Of a stretch of 64,000 bases of DNA, positions 26,501 to 38,902 are shown in pieces. The stretch is from contig OZ176052.1 of assembly GCA_964247055.1 (NCBI GenBank), positions 5,146,001 to 5,210,000 of the forward strand, given 5' to 3'. Each line of letters starts with the position of its first letter. The first letter of the stretch is position 1. The stretch is from Paragordius varius. Lineage: Eukaryota > Animalia > Nematomorpha. Below the pieces are notes generated by a model. It was not told the origin of the DNA and did no database searches. It saw only the letters and a list, made by a program, of their open reading frames with translations. A program made the translations under genes and the position numbers.

Positions 26501-29500
26501 GCGTATTTCTAAAAAAATAAGATAAGCTGTTTTTTATCCGAACTGTAGGAAAAAGGCGCTTTCTATTATAAATAAAGGCATTGCTATGGGGTTAGAACCG
26601 GAACCGTTTTTGGTCGGGTTTCAAATTAATTTATTCTTTGGCTTCGGTAGTATACGGTTTTTAACCAAATAGTTTCGGTTCCATTTTTTTAATTGATAGC
26701 CTATTATATCGATTAAAATGTGGCAATTTTCACAAAATATTAGCATATCAACTATAAAAAATATGTTGAATATCGCTTTTTATGACTAACTAGTACGACC
26801 AGGACTCAAATTATTTATTAATATTAGAAATAAGGTTTACATTATGGATTAGGCTGAATCAGTATGTTTTAGAATAATATGATGTAATATCAGCAAAATT
26901 AATAATAAATTTATTAATGAATTTTCGTTAGATTCCTCTAACTTCTTCGGATCAACACAAAAATAAAATTAAAATAAAGATACAAAATTAAAATTATGAA
27001 ATATTTTATATAAATAAAGATGTATATCTATTTATAAAAAATTCCGTTATTGGGTTGATATGATAGATGAAAAATTTGTAGTTTACAAACTCAAATGTAA
27101 AGATTGCGATGATGTTTATATTAGACAGACCTAAAGAGGTATAAAAACTCGAATAAAAGATCACAAAACCGCAGAAAGAAGAAACAAAGTAAATGTATCG
27201 GCACTTGCGTATCAGGCACATAAGTATGGATACAAAATTGATTGGAATAACGTTGAGATATTAGATAAAGAATGACTCCAAAAGAAAGATTATTAAAAGA
27301 AATTTACTATATAAATAATGAAGATAAATTAATAAACCGACAAAAAGAAATCAATCATATCAACCCAATAACGGAATTTTTTATAAATAGATATACATCT
27401 TTATTTTTATAAAATATTTCATAATTTTAAATTGTATCTTTATTTTAATTTTATTTTTGTTGGTGATCCGAAGAAATTAGAGGAATATAACTAAAATTCA
27501 TTAATAAATTTATCATTAATTTTGCTGATATTACATCATATTATTCTAAAAGGTTTACATTGTCATAAAAGTTTTAAAATTTCGTAATATTTTACAAAAT
27601 CATTTTTTTGGTACCACGGTTTCATTCTGAATTTTTCAGAAGCGTGTTTAATATTTCTTTTGTAAGATTGTTTTTAAAAAGTCCAGGTTTACAAAATCGG
27701 TTCTGGTTTTAAACTTTCCAAACTTTAATTATTTGCCATATTTTATACGCTAATTTTTTGCAATAAAATAAAAGATAATATACAATTTGCCTCCAGTGTT
27801 TTATTAAATTTTCGTTTAAATAATCAATATTTTCATCATTTTATTTATTCTTACAATAAAATATTAACAGCATATAAAATGTTTTCATGTCATTTTTTTA
27901 TTCGTAATGCACCATTTTTATATAAAAATTAAAACAGCCATGCACAAAAAATTTAATTACATTTCCCATGAAAATTTTATAATCTTAATAATAAATAAAA
28001 AATAGATTTACAATCAAAGCCAAAACAATAAAAAAAATGTGTACAAAGTTTTAAAACAAATTTTACAAAAATATAAAGAAGGAGAAGATGTTTGCCCTTA
28101 TGAAATTACTAATGTTATACCGACATGGGCGAAACCTAAACCCATTTTAATGCATATTGAAAAGCAACCAGAACCAAATTCTACCGCTGAAAATACACTT
28201 ACAAAATCTGACAATGGGAAAAAGAGTATATCTAAATCATCAAAACCCGGTAAAAGTAGAAAGAAAAATTGTGATTTAACGGACACTAAACAACAAAATA
28301 TAATATCTTTCCTTGATAATAATGATACTGAACAATTGCCTAAATCCACAATTTTGAATGATAATCCTATTGAATGTGAACCTATAAGACAGCCAAACCA
28401 TGATAGCTCAATCAATCCTGATTATGTTGATGTCAAAGATAATCACTTAGCCTCAAAGCCACTCCCTGTTATTACACCAATTAAACAGGAAGATTTGCTT
28501 AAAATTACTACATTCAAAAGTGCAGCCAATATATTGAGTAATTATTTTAGAGTTTGTTAAATTTTTCGGTTTCGTAATTCCTGTAGGTAGTTATTCAAGA
28601 TTAAAAATTATATTAAAGGTAAGAATATATTCATTTTCTATAGATGTTACCGATAATGCCAAAACTCATACTAAATGCGAAGGAATAAATTGCCAAGTAA
28701 TGGATCCGATTGAAAATCGAGAATGTAATCCTAACGATTTTGACGACTTATTAGACCTGGAAGATTCGCCAATATTTCATGGCAAACAATGTCCAATAAA
28801 ATCGAATCTTGATAACGATTTTAAAAATGTCGATAACTCAAACACTGAACCAAATAAACCAGAATTAAATGCCAAGTCTACCAACACTGCTAATAATGTC
28901 ATTAAAACTCCATTAAAAGGGCAAAATTTATTGAATACTCCGGCAAAAATTCTAAATCATGAAGCAGACGCATTCTCAAATGATTCATTTGAAGAGGCGT
29001 TTTTATTATCGCCAGTTTTTCAGAGTCGTGGCATCAACGCTATCCAAACTAGTCAATATGTATCAAGGAATTTAAACAAAATTTTATCACAAAACTCTCA
29101 AACTTGTAATACCAATCTGGCTCACAATAATCAGCTTTCTCCAAATATATTAAAAACTTCCATCGAAAATGTCAAAGAACAAAAGAATAATGCTACGTGT
29201 GAGTCTTTAAAAGAACCAGACCCCAGAATGGGTGATCGGAGTCTTGATTTATTTGAAAGTTATTTTGCAAACAATGGAAAAAATAATAATGTTCATGATT
29301 CAAAAAACACCTTAAATAATGAAATAGATAAACTTAAAACTCATGAAACTCCAACAATAGAAAAACCTGCGGAATTAAGTCGGGGTAAAAAATCTATCGA
29401 TAGAGCTAATCAGAAAAGTACGACTAATAAAGAGGAACTTTTCCAATCGAATTTTGATTTGCTCTTTGAGGATGAAAACGAAGAGTATGAATGTTTAAAT

Positions 29501-32022
29501 AATATTCCTGAAAATAATTTGGCGGGTGAATCTTTGAACACTAATTTTTCTCCAAAAACATCAAATAATGGAAACAAAGCCGCAAATAGTCTTAACGAAA
29601 TAGTTGCCTCCAACTTTGACCTTTTCGACGAACAAGATATTGAATTTGAAAATTTAGAAAACATCCAATTCGAACATATTCCTTTTAATAGAATCAAAGA
29701 TAATGATGAGTCACATAAATTAGGTACATCATTTCATATGAAATTTTTTCCTCAAAATTCTATAGCAAATCATTTTTTAATAAATTTAGAAAGCAAAGTT
29801 ATTACACCTTTAAAATCATCATTTGATTTGGGACTGCTTGATGAAGATTGGGGTTGTATTCATAACAATAATAAAATGGATCATGATACCTCCATCTCAA
29901 TTCAAACAAAATATTTTAAGCCGTCAAAGAATATTTCCATTACCAAAATAAACGATATTACCAATAAATCATATCAAAACAGTCAATTGAAATGCTCGAA
30001 ATTTGTACCTGCAAAGTTTAGTACCCCTCTAGCTGATGGTAATTATAATTTAATACATTTCGCATTTGTTTAGTCCTACTTTTAAATTAAAACCATGAAT
30101 AAATTGATTGATGCGATTGGCTGTAAATCTGATTAAAATAAGGATTTAGCGTTAAAATGATGGTATACAAAAATTACTTTCATATTTATTTTAAATAAAA
30201 TTTGTTATTTAACCTTTTAGATTATTAATAAATAGAGGATAGATTTGGAAATTTTTGGTCCTTAGTAATCGACAGTGTAAAATTATATAATATTAATATA
30301 TTATACAATACATAAATAAATCGATTCAATGAAATAGTGAAACATTAATTTTATCTTAAAATGAAATATTTTATTTATTGAATCAGACAAACCCAAATTA
30401 TTCTTGAAAGAAGAACAAATATCCACAACCGAAAAAGCGAAGACCCCTACTAAGGTTTTTATTTGAACTTTTTTAGAAAAATGATTGGAGATCAATATTA
30501 TTAATTCAAACTATGGTTAATTAATCCTTATATATTATAATGTTTGATTCTTAATTGAGGAGTATCGCAGTTATTTTACTAATCTTACCAGATCTAGTGT
30601 GTTTTTTAATTTTATATGACATATGATGTGTTTAAGCATAATATGTTTAATTATATTATGGTAAAAGCTAATTATTCAAAAAAGAGCTTTTTTTCTGCTT
30701 AAAGCATGTTAATTCAAAAATATAAAGAGATTTCCATATTTTTTCTCATTTTGGAATCCAAGGCTCAATGCAATATATACATATAATTTTGGTTTATGAA
30801 ACGCCATAATTTGACATCACTCTAGTATCCATTTGTTATCGCTGTGCCATCGAATTTTTAGTCAATATTTCCATAGGTTCCATTTAGTACTATGTCTGTC
30901 GTAATCAGAGTGTGTGTGCGTAATTCTTGTAATATTGTTTTTTTGTAATGAAGGTATTTCCAATTTATTGTGTGTAGTTTTGGGGTTATTGTATTTTTTA
31001 TAATATTATAAACCAAGATTGTTGCTATGTAAGTTTGGTATTGGTTAAATTTGCAAATTATATGTATAAATCTTAATTAATCTCAATCAGCCGCAACGCA
31101 AATCACCTAATCGTAAACGCAAGAAAATTATTGATTTTAGTCATAAATTTGCGCGGCAGTTTTTGTGTACTCAAGCGGAGGTATCTAAAGATGACTTGGG
31201 CCATGACAATGATGAAGAATCAATAATAGATGATTATGAAGATTTGAAAGATTTCGTGGCATCTCAAGATATAAATGAGACCAATAAAGAAGGTTTTATA
31301 TTAACTTAAAGATGTGTGTATTTAGCAATAAATATCTTTAAATTTAGGTTTTTTCATTGAATCTTATTATTTTTTTCTAAAAAAGAATCAAAAATCAACT
31401 TTATGATAGAGTAATTGTGAAAAATAAGTAATGCTGTTTACAATAAGTTATTTTTTCCCCTTTATTAAATATAGTTTTTTATGTAAAAGCTTTCGTATAT
31501 ATTCTCAAGTAATTTTTTACTATGATTTTAGATGAAAGTGCAATGATGGGCATATATTTGGAATCTGTCAAAGATTGTCAAAAGAACGCACCACCAAACC
31601 GTTATATAATGAAACATCAATACATAACTGATGAATCTAAACAAAAACCAAATAAGCATGGTGGAAAACCATGCGTTAAGCAAAAGAAAAAGAGTGATAA
31701 AATATCTTTCATATATTCACAATATCCAACTACGCAGGAAAGAGCTGAGTCATATGAAATTGATAGCTTTTGTGTGGATGGCATGGATTCTCCATCCAAC
31801 GATCGCACAAATAATATTGAAAGTAATTTTTCTCTCTTTTCCGATACTGATTCCGATATAATCAACAGTTTGGACTCCCCTAACCAACATTCAAATGATT
31901 TATCGAATTCTGGTGTTCGACAAAATTGTCTAAAGAACAAAACTAAAACCAAAAAATATGTTAGATTAAAAATTGATTCATCACCGTCACAGAGAATGGA
32001 TATTTCGACTCATGTAACATAA
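20518..32022 (+). CDS. FANCM: Fanconi anemia group M DEAH helicase/translocase (Mph1/FANCM), at least 12 exons
   Basis: Motifs [13 protein letters not shown]; [17 protein letters not shown] (after 29-nt intron 20656-20684); [11 protein letters not shown]; TPQILLNDL; VVVDEAHKA; LALTATPG (about 21427-21504); SHPKL; IIFSQYRES; [19 protein letters not shown]; QRIGRTGR. An MM3-like acidic block (DYEDLKDFV...MMGIYLESV) lies at about 31200-31570. The 3' end is tentative. Confidence 0.93.
22099..22970 (+). mobile_element. tRNA-derived SINE split by a mariner insertion (head 22099-22233, tail 22914-22970)
   Basis: The two halves rejoin to match the uninterrupted copy at 38103-38290 (GGCGTGATG...CGCAATTTTTCCATCATCACTGTCA...CCCTTAATAAAAAA...TAAACTGTATAT). 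Confidence 0.75.
22234..22913 (-). mobile_element. Internally deleted, decayed mariner element
   Basis: TA flanks and imperfect TIRs (CCAGGGGTAGTCAAAAGTTTCCGGTTT vs reverse complement TCGGATATAATCAAAAGTTATTACTGGTTT). 22770-22870 is the reverse complement of the 5' region at 34600-34710. The minus strand gives mariner N-terminal-like peptides ([18 protein letters not shown]). Confidence 0.75.
24008..24289. mobile_element. hAT-type MITE in a FANCM intron
   Basis: CAGGGATGGCCAAC ... GTTGGACACCCATG termini; 8-bp flanks TTTTAATT / TTTTAAAT. Confidence 0.75.
26844..27549 (+). mobile_element. Penelope-like element 3' remnant: GIY-YIG endonuclease fragment between inverted pseudo-LTR arms
   Basis: 27066-27350 reads [29 protein letters not shown]...[25 protein letters not shown]. 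Inverted arms of about 197 bp lie at 26867-27063 and 27354-27551. A 12-bp TSD AAGGTTTACATT lies at 26832-26843 and 27550-27561. Confidence 0.88.
26912..26957 (-). ncRNA. Minimal type-I hammerhead ribozyme in the Penelope pseudo-LTR (U4C core variant)
   Basis: Minus strand reads TGTTGAT-CCGAAGA-A-GTTAG-aggaat-CTAAC-GAA-AATT-C-ATTAATA: 7-bp stem I (two G-U), 5-bp stem II, palindromic AATT helix III, UUC cleavage triplet. A decayed sense copy lies at about 27461-27506. Confidence 0.7.
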
Positions 32023-32894
32023 ATATGTGGGTTATGAAATTACCAGCGTGCAATGCAATTAATATCATTCTATATCATTTTCATTTATTATTAGTCATCC
32101 AAATAAATTTTTGTATTTTGAAACAAAATAATTTTTTACATGTTTATCTAATATGTGAGCATGAATAAATTTAAAATATTAAATATTAGAATGATATCAT
32201 CCCATTGTAAACGATTGTGAGGATATAATACTATGATCATATTCCATTATTTAGACTAGAGGTGCCAAAAACAAATGAATTTGCGGGCCGCATTTATTCT
32301 CAAAAACCCTTCGCGGCACATTCAAAAAATTAAAATATCAATTTAAACATTTTTGCAAATCATGGAATTCTGTAATAATTTTGTAAATTTTTATATTTTT
32401 TGCGATCTTACATAATACAGTATGCATTTTAATGACCGCTTATTTCACATTATAGTTGGGCAATTCGCAACGCAGAAGTGTATAGAAAAAACAAAATATT
32501 GAATAAAAGAAAAGAAAATTTTTTTATTAGCATTTTGTTTTTTTTCCATACACCGTGTATTTTTCCGACAATCGGTGGCATTATGCGGGGAGAGGGACAT
32601 TTATTGTATTATGATCAATTTCTACTGGTAATTTTTAATTATATTAGAACGTTTAGGTTCCAGACTATTTACCTTTTATGTTTGTATAAAATATTTTTTA
32701 TTTTTATTATAAAATTATCGAGTATTATATTTAATATTGATACTAAAAAATCTTGATTAATAAGTTGCATTATGGTTTAGAGGTATTGAAATACTTTCGA
32801 GATCATAATTAAAACAATTATTGCTTTTGACAGTTTTATAAAAGTTTTAAAATATCACATTTTTCTCTGTATTTTTCAGAACAGTCTTGTTTTA

Positions 32895-33082
32895 CAGTAT
32901 GAATAAGTATACATTTCTACAAAGTTATTAATTATTGCCAAAAATACAACAAAGCGCAGTATTATTGGCTAATAATAGTAAAAAATGAAAAAATAACTAT
33001 AAACCAATAATACTGCCCTTTGTTGTATTTACTATTTGGCAATAATTAATAACTTTCTAGCAATGTATACTTACTCATACTG
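32895..33082. mobile_element. Near-palindromic foldback MITE (Tc1/pogo-like CAGT termini, TA TSD)
   Basis: TA|CAGTATGAATAAGTATACATT...CAGTATTATTGG pairs with CCAATAATACTG...AATGTATACTTACTCATACTG|TA; arms about 75-80 bp, loop about 35 bp. Confidence 0.75.
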
Positions 33083-33226
33083 TAATATAAAGTACTCATG
33101 CTTTTAACAAATAATACGATTATTAAAATATACATAACAATATATAAGCATGCCATAACACGTCTACAATTAATAATTCATTCATTAATTTTTTATGTTA
33201 AGTGCATACTTTCTGCCACTTAATTT

Positions 33227-33313
33227 GCCGAAATGAGCTTCAGTGGTCTGGAGTGCAGGCTTCAAACCTGTAGTCGTTTAAAAGCGAAGTGGTTCGATTC
33301 CACCTTTTCGGCG
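33227..33313 (+). tRNA. tRNA-Sec: tRNA-Sec (selenocysteine, anticodon TCA)
   Basis: GCCGAAATG...CAGTGGTCTGGAGTGCAGGC-TTCAAA-CCTGTAG-long variable arm-GTGGTTCGATTCCAC-CTTTTCGGCG. 9-bp acceptor stem with a U-U pair and G discriminator; collinear with the animal tRNA-Sec consensus. Confidence 0.96.
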
Positions 33314-33318
33314 TTTTT
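33314..33318 (+). terminator. Pol III oligo-T terminator of tRNA-Sec
   Basis: TTTTT immediately after the discriminator base. Confidence 0.75.
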
Positions 33319-34571
33319 ATTACATTTTTGAAATGTGATTTATTAGATTTTTTACATTGTTATAAATTCGCAAAGGAATTTTTTAAGATTATTTTTTATA
33401 ACCATATAAATTTGAATATCTGGAACTTTAAAAATTAAATCATTTATTTCTAAAATTGTAAAATGAATTAATTTTTAAAAATACAAATGAACATAAATTC
33501 TGAAATGAATCTTATGCGGATGTTAAATCATTCAACAAATGCGCCGGAACTATTCCTTAATAATATTGTACAGCTAAGAATAACAAAAAAGTTTTTTAAA
33601 AATAATTAAATATGATCATTAGATATTCAATTAAATTTTTATCATTAATAAATTATCTTATATCAACTGTGCCGTGTCATATATTACTGAATTGTCGAAA
33701 CAATGATTAGTCTATCGCGTAAAATATTTTTGGTGAACCGATGATCAAAATATGGTACAAATGAAATTTTGAATAACTCAGACATATTAATCAAGACATT
33801 CTTAACTCTATCATTTTCAGGTAAACGATTTCGCTTCTGAAGATTTCTTTTTAATGTAAACGCCATTTATAAGGACACAATGACCTAAATATATATTTCT
33901 TTTATCGCGTATCAGCTGTAAATGGACTTAATTAAATTGAACTAGTCCTTTATTTTCCGAATTGTTTTCCAAAATTTTTATGTAGCGGCGTATTTTACAT
34001 AGAGCGGGGGTCTGTACAATGGCTAATTCTAAACTGCGCTTCATTAATCTACAACAATCAATTATTAAAGTTTCATGTGAGGGAAAAATCAGTTTGCATA
34101 TATATTTTCGGGTGCTTTTTGCGAAAAGTCTACACGTTATGGATGGGGTTAAAATAAGTTTTACAACCTTCATTTGGATAAATTATTGAATTCAATAGGG
34201 TAACCGTTTCCAGAAATATTACTATTTGGGATAACATTATCTAAAACAATTACACGAGTCGGACTGACAGCGGCCAATTTAAAAAGGGATCTATAATTCG
34301 GCCTATTTATAAAAAATCAAAATTTCCATCATACCGTTTTCTTAGAAAACTTAAAAGCAACATTACATATATTAATTATTATATAATTTTTCATAGAAAA
34401 CTTAAGAGCAACATTACATATAATAATTATTATATAAATTTTTATAACTTCTCAAAATCAACAGTTCAATGTATTAGGATACTTTCATAATTCATAGGTA
34501 TCTTATTAAATAACTTAGTTTTATAAAAACTAACACAAAAAAGTGTAGATTAGACACATATGAAGCGTATA

Positions 34572-35950
34572 CTAGGATAAGTCAAATACCGGTTTAAGTC
34601 GTCAGGGAAAAGTACACAGTCGATTAATTTGGCATACACGCCATTTTGTTCATCGACATTAAACAACAAACACACAATTGATTCCCAAAAACTAGCGTCT
34701 TATTTTTATCATTCAGTAATCATGTCCAATTTTGTACATGAAAAAAGATTTGCGGCTAGCTTTGCTTATAATCGATCAAAAGAAAAACGCTGCTGAAAGT
34801 TATAGTTGGTAGAAACATATGGTAAACAAATTTCAGAGATTAAACATGTAAAACTTGATTGTTGTGATTTGAATGTGAAAGAGAGTGGGTTCCAATCCAC
34901 ACAACTAAAAAGACGATCAAGTGCAACAGTTATTTTAGGATGACTCAACCCAAACTATACAACATTGGCAAAGCGTTTTATGTATCACAAAAACAATCAG
35001 TTGATGTCAAGGAGCAATGGAACGATTAAACAGTAAACGGGTCCCACAATATTTAATAAAAAATCGGTTTCAAAGTGAGTGAATCCAGTTATTTTCTCAT
35101 CGAATTGTGACGGTAGATTAGAAGTGGCTTTACTATGTAAATCCAAGGTGGAAAAATTGTTTTCACCTTGCAACGGTTCATTAACATCAAAAATTACTTC
35201 AGTAAGAAGACTATTGGCTGTGCGTGACACCAGAGCGGTTGTTATACCATTTACAGTTTAAATTCACCCTTGAACAAAATTATGTGTTTTTTAAGATTAA
35301 AAATTACCTATATTTTTTTATATTTTTAAAAAATAAAATTTCAAAAACTAACATAATACTGAAAAAATAATAATTTATGCCATAAATATATTTCTTATTA
35401 ATGATGAGGTATATTATCCCGAAAATAAATAATTTATTGTTAGGGTAAATTTGAATTGTTTAAGGGTTAAATTGATCGAGGCTGAATGAATAGTAAATGG
35501 TATATTAACTTTTGAATTTAGGTGAAAACGTTAATATACAATTCTACCGAACATATGATTTATATGCAATAATTGAAAAACGACCGGAGTAGCCAGAAGA
35601 CATGGCAAAGTGCTTTAGCTTGACAAAACTTTCAACACAGCAAACCAAACGATATATATCTTAAAATCGCTGATAGGAAATTCTTCCGCATCCGTTGTCC
35701 TCTCCTCTCCTGACCTGTTATCTGATTATTAATTCTTCACATTAATGAGATACACTCGCACACAGCAGCAGTTTAATAATTAACAAGATGTTGGAAAATG
35801 GCCTGACGATTTACCACAAAAAACAATCAATTTTTTTGGCATCTCAATCGTATATTACTAGGATGGGCAAAACGTGTAGATACCGATAAACAACATTTAA
35901 AGAAAAAAATAAATGACCTTTAATATTACGTATTTTAATAACCCGTCTAG
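34572..35950 (+). mobile_element. Decayed, nearly full-length mariner transposon interrupted by a MITE
   Basis: TA-flanked imperfect TIRs (CTAGGATAAGTCAAATA ... TATTTTAATAACCCGTCTAG). Degenerate transposase motifs occur in order: MSNFVHEK, KKNAAESY, HRIVTVD*KWLYYVNP, Y*LLNLGENVN, EKRPE, EILPHPLSSP..SDY, DVGKW, RWAKRVDTD. Confidence 0.85.
35247..35500. mobile_element. TA-TSD MITE (TIR CCATTTAC) inserted in the mariner ORF
   Basis: TA|CCATTTACAG ... GTAAATGG|TA. Removing it restores GTT ATA TAT TAA CTT TTG (VIY*LL) of the transposase. Confidence 0.82.
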
Positions 35951-38102
35951 TATATATTAGATTGTAAATACCAAAAAAACCTCTTTATATTAATAAATAC
36001 TAGTGATACATTAAAATCTAATTTAAATTTAAAACACCTATGTTTCGAACCTGCCCTCCAACATTTAAATATCAAACTTGCTATGGAAAACATAGTTTAT
36101 TTGCAAATGATTCCGGAACAAGAAAATAACAATTCATAATTTTATCACAAGTAGGATTTAAATTTAACATTGATATTACAATTGATGATATATTGTTTAT
36201 CCAAGAAATCAGAGAATGATTTTCTATTTATTCATCTTAAATAAAGTATAGAGAACTTACGACGGCACCAAATTTATATTCCGTATCTTCTTTGAAACTA
36301 TTTTTTATTTAATCTGTACCTTCGGTTTTGGAACCACTTTATAGGAACTAGAAAAATCGGTTCTCTATCTGACTTTGGAATTGCTTTTAAACCTTAATTT
36401 CAATTTTAAATTAATTACAAAGACGTAACATGTATTATAGATTGTTGGAAAATTTTAAACCTATAAAAAAGGTTAAGAATAAAACCAGTGAATTTAAATA
36501 AATAGAATTCGAACCGAAACTGAATCGTTCAGTTGTTTACAACATTAGATATACAAAAAACTGATGTATTACAAAAAACATAGGCCCTTCATCATCATAA
36601 TTAATTAAATTATACTTATTGTAAATATTTGATACTTAGTTTACGTTTGGGATAACTTCATACCCAGAGTTTTTTAATTTAATATATCTGATATAGCCTT
36701 TAACTTTTAGACTATCATTTTTTCTGTACGCAATCACTTCTGGAGGTAATTATTAATGCTAGAGCTCAATAGTATAAAAACCACCGTTTTGGGAGTGGTT
36801 TTGGTTTCAATTATCAAACCTTTTTTTCTGGATTAGATAAAAAACTTGGTATTTTTACAGTTTTTTTAACTTTTATAGTCCCAAATTCGTATCGCTCTAA
36901 AACATAATTGGATAAGACAATTGATATAAATCAATAAATAGTATTTTTTAAGTTAAAAGCTATCGAAGGTAAAATATTTATATTTTTCAAACATATTCTA
37001 CACTTATTTGCTTATTGTATTCACAAATTAAGAATTAAAGGAAAAAATGGCGGCGAAAAAGTTTAACAAGAGGTTTGCACAATTTTACATTTTCAAAAAC
37101 TTTCGTATGCAAAGGCTAGAGAAAGCATATAAATTTGGCTTAATGCTAAAATTATAATTTAACTTAAATTTTACAGCCTCAATGTTCAATATACAACCTC
37201 AAAAGGTAATGAAGTGAGGACAAAATTAAAAAAAAATATTTTGAAAATTTATTTTAAATTTTTTGCCGCCATATGGATTTGTAATGAATCGATTGAAAAA
37301 AATGCTGATTAAAGAAAATAATTTATTAATGCATTTAATTATGTTTTGAAAAATAAACTATATTAATTATATCGAAAATTGAAATAGAATATACTAATAT
37401 TAAACAGTACCATAATTAAATAGATTATTCTCTTCTATCTATATAAAATAAGCTAATATTACAAATTTAAGCTTCCGAACCCTAACGAAGTGTTAAAATA
37501 AAATTATGTGATTTTAAGTTTAAATTGTGTAAAATATTATTTTTGAAGGGCGAAAATACAAAACATTTGACATCCTGGATTCAAACTAGAGTAGTTCCAA
37601 CCTCAGGCCTGATAATCAATTATTTCAAATATAAGAAATGTATTAATATTATTTGCTACATAACATTATCAAAATATAAAAAATTCAACCAAAATGGCTT
37701 GATATTTGGAACCTGAAGGCGAAAATTTAAGCAGCATAACTAAATTTAAAAATAATAAGATTAAATTATTTGTTAAATGTTAAATGTGATTATTACAAGG
37801 ACTAACAAAAATGATCTCAACCGCGTCGAACAAAGCCGTAAACAACACCGTTTAAATACCAATATATATCTTGATGTAATAAAAAAGAGCATAATTTTAA
37901 TTTAATTTCAAATAATTGCAGACTAGTCCCAGTCTGTGACAAAAATTGTACTTTGTTTATTTGATTTCAATTCCGTGAAAATAGTCAACAAATCAGAAAT
38001 TTTAAATGCTGTCGGTAATATAAATAAAACTAGAACTGTTTAAAATAAAGGGTTATACAATCAAACTTATAATTTTTTTACAAATTAACATGTTTTTTAT
38101 GA

Positions 38103-38290
38103 GGCGTGATGGTATAGTAGGTAGTGCGCCCAAATCTTACACTGCATGCCAGAGTTCAAACGGCGGTACGCAATTTTTCCATCATCACTGTCAGCCTTGG
38201 GCAGTTGAATGTTAAAGCCTTCACATGTCCGGATACTAATTAATTCCTTTTCCCTTAATAAAAAAGGATGGAGACTTTAAACTGTATATT
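38103..38290 (+). mobile_element. tRNA-derived SINE
   Basis: A-box-like TGGTATAGTAGG, B-box-like GAGTTCAAAC, GCGT/ACGC acceptor-like pairing; body and tail shared with 22099-22970. Confidence 0.72.
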
Positions 38291-38902
38291 ATTAAAAATT
38301 AATATGTTTTCCAGAACCATATGTATTTAAATAAAATTGCAAAAAAAATTTTTTGGATTAGGCCAATTAGATTCTAATTTTACCAAAAATAAACATAAAA
38401 AATATTACAACATTAAGATTGTATTTTAATTGTGTATTCCTGGATTTTTATAACCTGTCCAAACATTTAATTTCATCTTTGTTAAATAATTTTGAAGATA
38501 ATTTGATATTTTTAACAAACGATAGATATATATAGGTTAAGCGATTTCTTCTCTGAATTTTAATAATTATGTAAAAATGATACACAATACAATAGCCATA
38601 GTTATAGGGCATTATTCAATAAAACTGTATGTGAATCCGCTCAATCTCTGAAACTTTTACCATTTTAAAAAGATATAATATCATAAAATGAGAGACTTCA
38701 ACTTTATTTCAAACGTAAGGTCTTATCTGACACCCACTACATAACTTAACACGAATATTTTTTTATTTTGGTTATGATAGATGTGCAAACTTTTGCCATG
38801 GTTTCAATTTATTCCATATTATTTAAAATATTTATTTTAAACCAGCCTTTGAATTGAAGTACTGAAATGAATGTGTTTCCGAGTGTTAACTATTAATTTT
38901 AA

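Noticed and set aside
33684-34450. Short ORFs and a ~45-bp tandem duplication downstream of tRNA-Sec as a FANCM ERCC4 exon or new gene
   Set aside because: No recognisable motif or convincing splice context; probably decayed repeat sequence.
35780-35830. DVGKWPDD peptide first read as a hAT/ZMYM-type fragment
   Set aside because: It is collinear with the mariner transposase C-terminus following the PHP..SP..SDY motif.
36300-38100. AT-rich short ORFs and dispersed fragments (GAACCG-type MITE pieces; segments shared with about 3330-3415 and 57960-58150)
   Set aside because: Evidently old dispersed repeats, but ends and TSDs could not be defined well enough to classify.
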